Shown: positions 17,201-23,873 of the stretch, one piece after another
Layout of the letters: each line of letters starts with the position of its first letter
Numbering within the stretch: the first letter of the stretch is position 1
IMG/VR virus record: IMGVR_UViG_3300028840_003294
Location: 1-52,289 of that record
Source: a virus
Lineage: Duplodnaviria > Caudoviricetes
DNA: 52,289 bases
Reading direction: 5' to 3' (one strand)
Program-made: the position numbers and the translations under genes
Notes under the pieces: model-generated
What the model was told of the DNA's origin: nothing
Database searches by the model: none
What the model saw: the letters and a program-made list of their open reading frames with translations, nothing else

Positions 17201-18440
17201 TTCCCATTAACCCCGCTTCTTCGATCGACCGTATTACATTGCCCCACGTTTCGGATCGACCTTCCGGCGTCGTGAATGCTTCTATGTTTTCGAGCTCGCC
17301 ACGGTTCATGCGAACAAAATCGGCCGCGGCAGACTCAACGAGCGTTTGTGGAACCTCCGTCAAAACCTCTTCGGCGCCCTGCCGAAGCGCCTCGAGACCC
17401 TTCCGCGCAAGCCATGTTTTGAAAGATTTCGCAGTAATCGGATTTCTCGCAAGCAGCCGGCCGACTGGAGCGAACTCAAGAGCCCCGGTCAAAACACCAA
17501 GCGTTGAGGCGGCGAGCTGTGCGTCTTCTCCTGTGACGCCCTCGGCCTCGAGGTCGGTGAGAATTGAGCCGGTCTGCATCGCCGCGGCGTCCGCAGCCGC
17601 AAGCGCGGGGTTTACCATCGCAGTAGCAACCATCGGCCCCATAACCGGCGCCTGTTCACCGAAAAGGCCGGCGGCATATTTGGCGGGCCCCAATAGTGGT
17701 TCCTCTTCCGACGCTTCTGCGAGCGTTTCAAACCGGCGCTTCGGCGCGATCATTTCATTGCCAACGGCGGCATCGACCGCCACCTCTCTCGCCATTTCGG
17801 CCACCGGGCCAGTCGCTTCGTGCATTTTCTTCGCAACGTCGGTTTGATAAAGCGGGTTGGTGTAGAGTTGCGAGGTCGTGCCAAGGGGGATAACCGGCGC
17901 CTGCTCAAGCGCCATCGTAAACGAGTCGGCAAGGTTTGCAGCCCCGGAAAGTCTACTCGTCAATGCTGTGCTACCGCGCTGGACGCCGCGGACAAGATCC
18001 CCTGCTATTTCCGCGAGCTGCTTTGTGATCGGGTTGTAGCCCTTGGTCGAGTAGATATATTTTTCAACGACATCGCCGTAATCGCTTTCAATGTCTTCGG
18101 TTCCGCTGATCGGCGCTCGCGCCACGCTATACGTTTCTTCCTCGTTGGCCCCGTCTGTGTCAACCACGATTCCGCGAAGGGCCCGACGCTCATCCGGAGT
18201 GAGCATCTGCCAATAGGGGCCCGCCTGAGCGAGCTTATTGAAAGCGGCGTGTCGTTCAATGCGCGGGAGGGAGAGAAAGTCTTGACTTGAGGGCAATTCG
18301 TAGAGCTGCCGACGCTGCCAAACGGCGCCAAGGTTATAACCTAGCTCCTCCCACTCATCACGCAGCCTGAAGATTTCTTCTTCTGGCGTGTCGTCGGGGA
18401 AATGCGCGTATTCTTCTCCAAACCTTACGCGGACGACCAC
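11289..18440 (-). CDS. Giant internal virion/ejection polyvalent protein with HExxH and C-terminal LPD38-like domain
   Basis: 2383 aa; VFHESFH; YWDKIPAWEKKRNLIF...IPLPWGFN...NRNFWGGPI...SPEDIDY; last gene of the structural arm. Confidence 0.75.
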   Translation of the reverse strand: MVVRVRFGEEYAHFPDDTPEEEIFRLRDEWEELGYNLGAVWQRRQLYELPSSQDFLSLPRIERHAAFNKLAQAGPYWQMLTPDERRALRGIVVDTDGANEEETYSVARAPISGTEDIESDYGDVVEKYIYSTKGYNPITKQLAEIAGDLVRGVQRGSTALTSRLSGAANLADSFTMALEQAPVIPLGTTSQLYTNPLYQTDVAKKMHEATGPVAEMAREVAVDAAVGNEMIAPKRRFETLAEASEEEPLLGPAKYAAGLFGEQAPVMGPMVATAMVNPALAAADAAAMQTGSILTDLEAEGVTGEDAQLAASTLGVLTGALEFAPVGRLLARNPITAKSFKTWLARKGLEALRQGAEEVLTEVPQTLVESAAADFVRMNRGELENIEAFTTPEGRSETWGNVIRSIEEAGLMGTMMGPFGGGAGNIQAQTEVGPGPTGEEVAARTDAVRADMGPAVPEFVQTEPIPETQPDVRPEEFVVPPGSPAPSGVDVAPLYGPGGSARLAPPEGVEAARAGYAPDWLKVRPELFQAFVTGDLDQDTQAAIVDLAGEQGLSPQEAMRQLATTINKADELVAGQRMQAETETFAELPPPPSQRGQRNLSEGVGRGPAAPAVGGPVVGGPAAPTQPHGVESGAMRLDEGKQVEEGATPEPVTPLPPIEKPKNPWEMTTQEYEQTGAEEDHEAVLKKAIRKGVVLDEEVIALHPHLRRLKGQRRLGRTIHQIVLENGGIGKHTGGYLSEEIYGDKGREGVPVRYRRKDGMKPDQMLEVVKEEGYLPPSATVGDLIAALQKPDISPEEYLAQQEAADQFIEMPDERREEPGRRREIDKVKNDIFEFQRKNNIEPAIVQKLVRGLEEGQTVNQIYESDVQIEEQLGGEARDLALELEAAVSERNILERFTREEAPEETIEDVERRMFGRRRTADDVVDQMYRVAREQDNSPKAVAEFIKRIEAGESAIEILTRKDEELVQSLDPEIHDLAIVLEDEIARRTEFEPAATTEAPARAEDVESGVTIQSRIKDLTAQLNNANPAEKKKISEEILRLRRIQIATKKEGEARKRKAEQDKEDKGVRARAAKLVPKIQKAFRGWNVRHTQGGLFRLTREGQPVLHVAVGGPGPTIDDEFIKTAAENRNIKPEDLVAALDAGTVKVQGRYRIGQQGDMSGAHLISLYNPKRISQEVFHESFHFAFHNVLTNDQRMTLLKVYETEEGAAQAYQAWAETRAEAEPRATQIFKFLQRFAQSLLENVAGLKIADIEGAAGIMEQIASGEIFETQKGEAAIITDPTGQKILRTIRNDILSARRAAEEAFDYRKLAPEEFPEAWRNAIEGAGTEKLIDRGDAQTVYSLSGAHELSGDQHPGVQIEDHTLTEYYRNRAEKTLFDRIAPIRTIQEKLTEVGQELDEIFDAYLKAQNFQARAGALVDWVEEKLFKPLITDIAKSGIHLEDFDLFRMAAHALERNPKIRMANVTLPIKQAEAKIAKLETKHLSIGTKVRSLENNAKGEVVAVNRESGIAEVRFFNERGFSAKPKRVEMRTLERESVAREKEKIAEIRRMDEAGEAPHSGITDEHAKAALEEMRELGLVEWDGELGPDTVYRGKLGRLSRRFSDIVRWKEETLFRAGLLSKDELKKWRDYKHYAPMRGKDPDILDIIANGRRPPIPEIEMYGGKMWHRALARAARGLGIADKIHLPNTGRGYNPGRRPAAHRALGRRSFPTHSATVELMTDAMETAVRAEKNRVAKTVWNFVQKMKNVKDVNGEKLFEIDRPDSRLVWDEKTQTVKTKIDGLSVVKDNVYNVWIDGELHYIRHVSPGMAEFVSALNNVGSSKDLNPILKAGVNINRYISKMATSRNPAFVIPNAVRDALTAGIKLGGEKKFEGFGLKTMKRVPEAAALLGEYARRQSKGTLDQMDATKRQRIEQFKLAGGETAFWMIPDLADQMRKIQAQIEQTKGEQNKVFSTVKSVINWIEDYNAAVEGMLRFSVFERGLEIGLSKDRAGKLARDITVDFTQQGTVAQYLSPWYVFANASLQGSKMVIDSVAKNRQVQKMMLGAMGYGFMHASMMRWVGGEDEKDKIPYWDKIPAWEKKRNLIFMVPGGEGKRFKIPLPWGFNLFPAAGVFAADAVNRALDRPSETKDAAWEGTAHILSAGLSAFNPIGDNDPTTLVGLVQMGMPAWLDPVYDISANRNFWGGPIRPEPSKFARSEQYGVPTPNYNRYFSSVSKPSKEMTRFMYKHLGIDISPEDIDYAIGAALGGLGDTVIRGLSLLSKGAAGETLSARDVPVLKSFFAEESQFFAPNMYRANMGDYWIKKETYDELTKTDPKAAADFYKRHKNVLAIEEIVKATEKRVRELRKAGVTVKDSRMQNEFKKFNRRYRTIELQTLKRRLKKE

Positions 18441-18443
18441 TTA

Positions 18444-19316
18444 TCACCTCTTATCGAAGCCGTAATCTTCTGTGATGTCCTGAACCTGCCCATAAGAGCC
18501 GTAACGCTCCGCGTTGTTTTGTGCGGCCATATAGTTTTCGACCGCCTGAAGCAGAAGGTCAGGAACAGACGCCGGATTTTCCTTGTACATCTCGATTACT
18601 TTTTTCAAGCCGCCGGCGGGCTCAATCTCGTTTTGACGCATCGCAAATTTGAGGGCCGCTGCCGCCTCGTCGAGCTCCTTCTGTGCCTGAAGCTGTTGGT
18701 TTGCCGTTGGCGGCGTAGGTGCCTTGGGTCCGGTCATGCCAGATCGCGGATAGCCCTTGCCTTGGCTTTCGGCCTGAGTGATCGGGTCTGGAGAATACCC
18801 ACCGCCGTAGAGAATCATGCGCTCCTCTTCGGTCAATGGTTTTCTTTCGCCGCCACCGCCGCCGCCGACCGGAAGGGATGCCGAAGGGACAGCCCATCTC
18901 GTACCGCCCGGGCCGGCAAAGCCGCCGCTCTCCATTGGCGATCCTGAAAAGCTGATCGTCCCACCACCGCCGCTGCGTTCCCGCCGGCGATCGGACATCA
19001 GTTGATCCGCCGCTCTACGGCGCTCCTCTTGAGCCTTTCGCTCGCCCTCCGCGAAGTCCATCTGCCGCCCTGCCTCAATTTGATTGAGCACGACTTCTGC
19101 CATCGCCGCATCTTCCGGACTGATGCTGGCGTAACGCGAAGGACCGTAATGCGTAATCGCTCCGTGCTGGGACATTTCGCGCTGGTGTCGAGGCGTAGTG
19201 AGGTAGTCGTAGAAGTCCTCGAGAGATCCCCCGCTGAATTCGGTTGAGGGGTCTGGAGAGAAGTTCCCGCTGATGCGGTAAGCATCTGCGAACGAGAGAT
19301 CATAGGGATACGGCAT
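18444..19316 (-). CDS. Putative internal virion (ejection) protein
   Basis: Position upstream of the giant protein; Gly/Gln/Ala-rich. Confidence 0.55.
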   Translation of the reverse strand: MPYPYDLSFADAYRISGNFSPDPSTEFSGGSLEDFYDYLTTPRHQREMSQHGAITHYGPSRYASISPEDAAMAEVVLNQIEAGRQMDFAEGERKAQEERRRAADQLMSDRRRERSGGGGTISFSGSPMESGGFAGPGGTRWAVPSASLPVGGGGGGERKPLTEEERMILYGGGYSPDPITQAESQGKGYPRSGMTGPKAPTPPTANQQLQAQKELDEAAAALKFAMRQNEIEPAGGLKKVIEMYKENPASVPDLLLQAVENYMAAQNNAERYGSYGQVQDITEDYGFDKR

Positions 19317-19325
19317 CTTCGCCTC

Positions 19326-20129
19326 CTACATTCCGTACAACATGAGAAGCTGTTGATACTTCTTTTGTGAATCTTCCTGCTCCTTCAGCGCGTTCTCGTA
19401 CTCGGCGCCGTACTTTGTCCAGTCGTAATCTTGTTTCGACCCCCACGCGCCGTATCGCTGTTGCTCTTGCCGCTGGAAGTCCTCGAATTCCCGCATAAGA
19501 TCGGCCTGCCTCGCCTGCTCGCGCATGTTGGCCTCGAACATTTGGGCATCGACGTCGTAGCGGTTCGTCACTTCGGCAAGGTCGCGCCCGAAGCCGCGGG
19601 CTGACTCCCCAAGCGTGCCAGAGTAGCCAGCCCCAAGGCCACCGCCAGAGGCAAGAATCCCGAGCTTCCCGAAGTGCTTGCCGGCGCCGGCAAATTCGCC
19701 CTCCATCTTTTCACGGAGCAGCGCCTCGTTTGCCGCAATCGCGCCGCGGACATCGACGTCAACATCTTGGTAGGTCGATGAGGGGCTGTACGATTGGCCC
19801 TCCCATTCGCTCCACCCGGGAATGTCCGGGCCGTTGAACTCGGCCTGTTCGGTTTTCCTCCGCAATGCCTGAAGCCACCCTGGAGCAGATTGCCGCTGCG
19901 GGCCCTGCGTATAGCTCCGATGTCTTGGCGTCGGATCGTGTTTCCCGCGCCAATTCGGGTCGGCACGCCATTCCGGCAATCCGGAACCGTAGGAAACGTT
20001 CGACGGATCGGTCCCGCCATACGTGTTTGTGTTGACGCTGCCGTAGTTCGGGTTCGACAGGCCCTCGCCAAAGCGACCGCCGGTGCCCCCGACCCTTCTC
20101 GTTGAAGCAGGCTTTCTCAGATATGCCAT
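19326..20129 (-). CDS. Putative internal virion/pilot protein
   Basis: Gly-rich N-terminus, Q/E coiled-coil C-terminus. Confidence 0.55.
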   Translation of the reverse strand: MAYLRKPASTRRVGGTGGRFGEGLSNPNYGSVNTNTYGGTDPSNVSYGSGLPEWRADPNWRGKHDPTPRHRSYTQGPQRQSAPGWLQALRRKTEQAEFNGPDIPGWSEWEGQSYSPSSTYQDVDVDVRGAIAANEALLREKMEGEFAGAGKHFGKLGILASGGGLGAGYSGTLGESARGFGRDLAEVTNRYDVDAQMFEANMREQARQADLMREFEDFQRQEQQRYGAWGSKQDYDWTKYGAEYENALKEQEDSQKKYQQLLMLYGM

Positions 20130-20130
20130 G

Positions 20131-20736
20131 TCAGCCTCTCAAAAATCTGCGGAACGCGGCTCTTTTCTCACGCGCCCCCATTCCTCGCGTCCCACGGTTA
20201 AACCCGCGGGCTTCTCTTGCCCCTATGCGACGATCCATGCCGGCAAGTTCACGCTGTTTGCGGCCCCATTCTTGACGCTCTGCGGCCCTTTCTGGCCTGA
20301 AGTCGGGCATCATACCAGCAGGCATTTGCCCTGACTCTGCTACGGAAATTGCAAACTCGAGGCCGGGATAACGAGCAAGCGCGAATGTTCCTTCAACGTC
20401 GTCGGCTTCGGTGCGCTTTCGACTGTAACCGAGCAGCTCGCGCAGCATGGCATCGTTTGCCATAGAATTCGCCATGTGTTGACCGCGTTCGAAATTCCCC
20501 GGCATGTCGTACTCGCCACGCCACGGGGCCCGCGTCGGTTCCGGGTTGCCAATGAAGCCGGTGAAGCCCTGGTTCGCGCTTGACCCGTAATCTCCACCCC
20601 GCTCGTATTTCCCCTCCAAGGCGCTCATTTGGGATTCGGTCGTGCCGGCCGGAACCTTCCCCCTTGCCTCGAGCTCTCGGAGATTCTCGAGCATCTCGTA
20701 GACCTGTTGAACCTCGTATGGGGAAACAACCGGCAT
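20131..20736 (-). CDS. Hypothetical (putative virion) protein
   Basis: GGAGG RBS, tight packing. Confidence 0.6.
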   Translation of the reverse strand: MPVVSPYEVQQVYEMLENLRELEARGKVPAGTTESQMSALEGKYERGGDYGSSANQGFTGFIGNPEPTRAPWRGEYDMPGNFERGQHMANSMANDAMLRELLGYSRKRTEADDVEGTFALARYPGLEFAISVAESGQMPAGMMPDFRPERAAERQEWGRKQRELAGMDRRIGAREARGFNRGTRGMGAREKRAAFRRFLRG

Positions 20737-20737
20737 G

Positions 20738-21190
20738 TTAGCCTCCAGCGGTCAGGAACTCGAGCATCGCCGGGTCATAACCCCCGAAGCCGCCGCTCGA
20801 TCCCGAGCGCACCCGCCCCGCGGGGCGCCGGCGTCCCTGGAAACCGCCGGTGAGATTTGGCGCCCCCTCGTCGAACCCTCTGGCCTTCTCCTGTTGGAGC
20901 CGCCAGTAGTTTTGCACTTCCGCCATCCACGGATCGTAGACGTTTTTCCGCCACATCGGATCTTCGAACTGTCGCTGCGGAACCCACGATCCCTTAACCA
21001 TGTATTCCCAATCCGACGAGCCCGGGCGCTGTCTCGACTGAGGCGTTGTTGCACGACGGAACGCTTCGGACCAGTCTGCGTCAGTCCAGTCTGCGCGACT
21101 CCCCGCTCGTCGCTGACGATAATCGTCCATCGCCTCATTTTGTGCCGCCACGTTTGCCCGCAATTGATCTTGCCATCCCGGTACTGGCAT
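20738..21190 (-). CDS. Hypothetical (putative virion) protein
   Basis: GGAGG RBS, tight packing. Confidence 0.6.
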   Translation of the reverse strand: MPVPGWQDQLRANVAAQNEAMDDYRQRRAGSRADWTDADWSEAFRRATTPQSRQRPGSSDWEYMVKGSWVPQRQFEDPMWRKNVYDPWMAEVQNYWRLQQEKARGFDEGAPNLTGGFQGRRRPAGRVRSGSSGGFGGYDPAMLEFLTAGG

Positions 21191-21191
21191 C

Positions 21192-23873
21192 TTATCCTCC
21201 CGCGTCCGTTTTCAACTCTTTCCCTGTTGGCGTATAGCCAAGCTCGATTTTTGTGATTTTTGCTCCGGTTGCATCGCAGTCATCATGTGGCAAGATTACC
21301 ACCCTAAGCTGCATTTGATCGAATCCACGCCCAAGGCCGACGATCACTTTGCCATCTCCCTCGTCGCCGCCCTCGGGGATTTCTTGTGCAGGAACGTAGG
21401 TTCCAGAACACTCTGCCGGCGGATACCAGTCGAGCTCAACCTCGTAAGCTGTGTTGACGGCAGAGATCCTGTGCCAACCATACTCAGTAAGAATATAGTC
21501 CCCGACGCGCCCGAGCACAAACGGGCGTTTCGCGCCCGGGTTGACATAGAGACTTTCGAAAGTCCCGAGCTCCGAAGAGAGAACGATCTCGTAATCGCTC
21601 GCCTTCGTGTAGGTGGCAAGTGTGCGCGTGCCGTCAATTGCCTCACGGTAAATTCGGCATTGATCCACCAGCCACGGGAGCTTGTAATAGCCGCCTCTCG
21701 TCACTTGAACATCGACCGCCTCAAGTTGAATTTCCGGAATCGTGAGGCCGATCGGCTTGTCGTGGGTGATCCCCACCGCAATCGGCTCGAGCTCGATCTC
21801 TGGAACAGAAACCTTCATCGCCTCTTGGTAGCGTTGAACGATCACGTCTTGGGCCTCGAGCTCGATCTCTGGCACGGTGACGTTAATCTTGTGGTGAACG
21901 GTAACGTCGATCGCTTCGAGCTCGATCTCTGGAGTGGTAACGTTGAGGACTCGAGAAGACTCCCCGACATCGAGGTACCGGCTGAATGCTGTCCCCACAC
22001 CCTCGACGCGGTCTGTGAACACCGTAATGTCGCCGTGGGGCTGATCGTTCGTCATCCAGTCATCCGTTGTTTCTTCCCGAATCAGAACGGCAATGTCGGG
22101 GCGCGTCGTGGAATCCGGATCGGCCCATGTCCGAATGAGAACTTCGTCGGCATCGCCGCGGATTCCTATGCTTGTCACCCTGAATGAGCCTGTCTTGAGA
22201 TCCCCGACAAACCGTTCAACGCTGCTTCCCGCAATGTTGTCCTCTCCGGTTATCGGGCCATCAAGATCGAGCTTCACGTTGACAATTTCGTCTGTGCTTC
22301 CGGACGTTGGAACGTAGGACGCATATATGCCGCCGTGCAGCCCATTGACGATGAAAGCCGAACGCGGCTCGTATTCGACGTTGCTGATCGTAATTTCAGG
22401 CAGCTCAATTTCTGAAACGCCGCCGGTCTGATCGTTGACCAGCCAAACCGTCCACGGTGATTTCTGCCGAAAAACGAAAAGCACTTGATAAACCGGGTCG
22501 AAGCCGAGCCACGCAGATTCCGAACCGGGCTCCCAATCCTCAAAGCGGGTGAGATCGAAAAAGCCCTCAAGCCGAGCCACACCGTTTGTTGTCGCCGTAT
22601 AGATCAACCCATCGTCTGCGATCATGTACGCGACACCGTTGAACGATGTCAGGTTAGAAATTGGCCTCAACCCCTCGCCGTAATTTTTCGTGTGAGCCCA
22701 CGGGTAGGTTATCGACCCGCCATCGGTCAACAAAGAAAGCTGCCGTGTATGTGCAAGGACAACGCCACCTCGAATCGGCGCCATGTCGATAAGCGGGCCC
22801 GTCCCGGGAAGGTCCGCGAAGAACCACCCAACCGATGTGAAATCATCTACCGTTGCCGGCGCAGCATTCATAATGCGCTCGGGGTAGTAATTCCACTTGC
22901 CCTCTTCAAATGCGAGAATTCCGCCATAGAGCATATAGCCGAACTGTTCGCAGAAACATTGTGCTCGATAGATGTCAGAGATGGGCGTGAAGTTGTCAAA
23001 CGCGGGCCGGCCGGCGCCGGTCACTGAGTAAGCGACAAGAGCATCCTTTCCAACGGTGACAAAGCGATTATCTCCGTAATCTATGCCGTAAAAGTCCGCT
23101 TCGGGGATTCCTGAATTTTGCGCCTGCCACGCATCGCCATCAGTTGACGTGGCCGTTGCCCCATCCTCCCCAACCGCAACCAGAAGCCCCTCTGTCCCTG
23201 CCGCCGTGATTCCCCAAAACGTAGTGACAACCGGCGAGGTTTGCACCTCCTCCGTTCCGTCGCCGCTGAATTTTATAATCGTGCTGTTTTCGCCAACGAT
23301 ATAAAAATCTGAGCCCCAATAAACGACATCGTAAAGCAACGCCGACGTTGAAGGAATGTAAACGGTCCAAGTAAGCCCAAGGTCTGACGAAATCAAAATT
23401 TCGTTTTCCCCAACGGCCGTGACGTAATCCCCGCCGATCGTGACACCGCGAAGCTGTGATCCAGCAAGACTCGAAATCGAAGTCCACGTTAAGCCCTTGT
23501 CGGTTGAGCGAAGAATTGTTGCTTGATCTCCAACAGCAACGAAAATTGAGCCCGTAACGTGGGTCACTCCGTACAGATTTTGCTCAACGCCGCTTGTGCG
23601 AAGCGTCCATCCTTGCGCGTCTTCTGAAGTGATGATCGTACCGCCGGCGCCCACGGCAATGAACGTGTCGGACCCAAAACAGACATCATTCAATCGGCTC
23701 AAGGTGACCGCTGTAGCCTTTTCCAGCGTGTAAACTTGGAAGCCATCGCTGTACTCTCTGCCAGTGGAATAAAGAACGAGCCCAAACTCCCCCACAACAG
23801 CAGCAACCGGCGTCGAATCGTCATTCCATGCAGTCGCCAGGAGGTCGGGCGTGCCGAAGCCAATGAAGCTCAT
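21192..23873 (-). CDS. Tail protein with BNR/Asp-box beta-propeller (nozzle-like)
   Basis: Repeated FVAVG..GTI..S.DG..WT; four PEI(E/Q)LE repeats. Confidence 0.7.
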   Translation of the reverse strand: MSFIGFGTPDLLATAWNDDSTPVAAVVGEFGLVLYSTGREYSDGFQVYTLEKATAVTLSRLNDVCFGSDTFIAVGAGGTIITSEDAQGWTLRTSGVEQNLYGVTHVTGSIFVAVGDQATILRSTDKGLTWTSISSLAGSQLRGVTIGGDYVTAVGENEILISSDLGLTWTVYIPSTSALLYDVVYWGSDFYIVGENSTIIKFSGDGTEEVQTSPVVTTFWGITAAGTEGLLVAVGEDGATATSTDGDAWQAQNSGIPEADFYGIDYGDNRFVTVGKDALVAYSVTGAGRPAFDNFTPISDIYRAQCFCEQFGYMLYGGILAFEEGKWNYYPERIMNAAPATVDDFTSVGWFFADLPGTGPLIDMAPIRGGVVLAHTRQLSLLTDGGSITYPWAHTKNYGEGLRPISNLTSFNGVAYMIADDGLIYTATTNGVARLEGFFDLTRFEDWEPGSESAWLGFDPVYQVLFVFRQKSPWTVWLVNDQTGGVSEIELPEITISNVEYEPRSAFIVNGLHGGIYASYVPTSGSTDEIVNVKLDLDGPITGEDNIAGSSVERFVGDLKTGSFRVTSIGIRGDADEVLIRTWADPDSTTRPDIAVLIREETTDDWMTNDQPHGDITVFTDRVEGVGTAFSRYLDVGESSRVLNVTTPEIELEAIDVTVHHKINVTVPEIELEAQDVIVQRYQEAMKVSVPEIELEPIAVGITHDKPIGLTIPEIQLEAVDVQVTRGGYYKLPWLVDQCRIYREAIDGTRTLATYTKASDYEIVLSSELGTFESLYVNPGAKRPFVLGRVGDYILTEYGWHRISAVNTAYEVELDWYPPAECSGTYVPAQEIPEGGDEGDGKVIVGLGRGFDQMQLRVVILPHDDCDATGAKITKIELGYTPTGKELKTDAGG

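Noticed and set aside
11289-18440. Giant ORF as tape measure or virion RNA polymerase
   Set aside because: No tape-measure periodicity or tail tube/chaperone context, and no polymerase motifs recognised.
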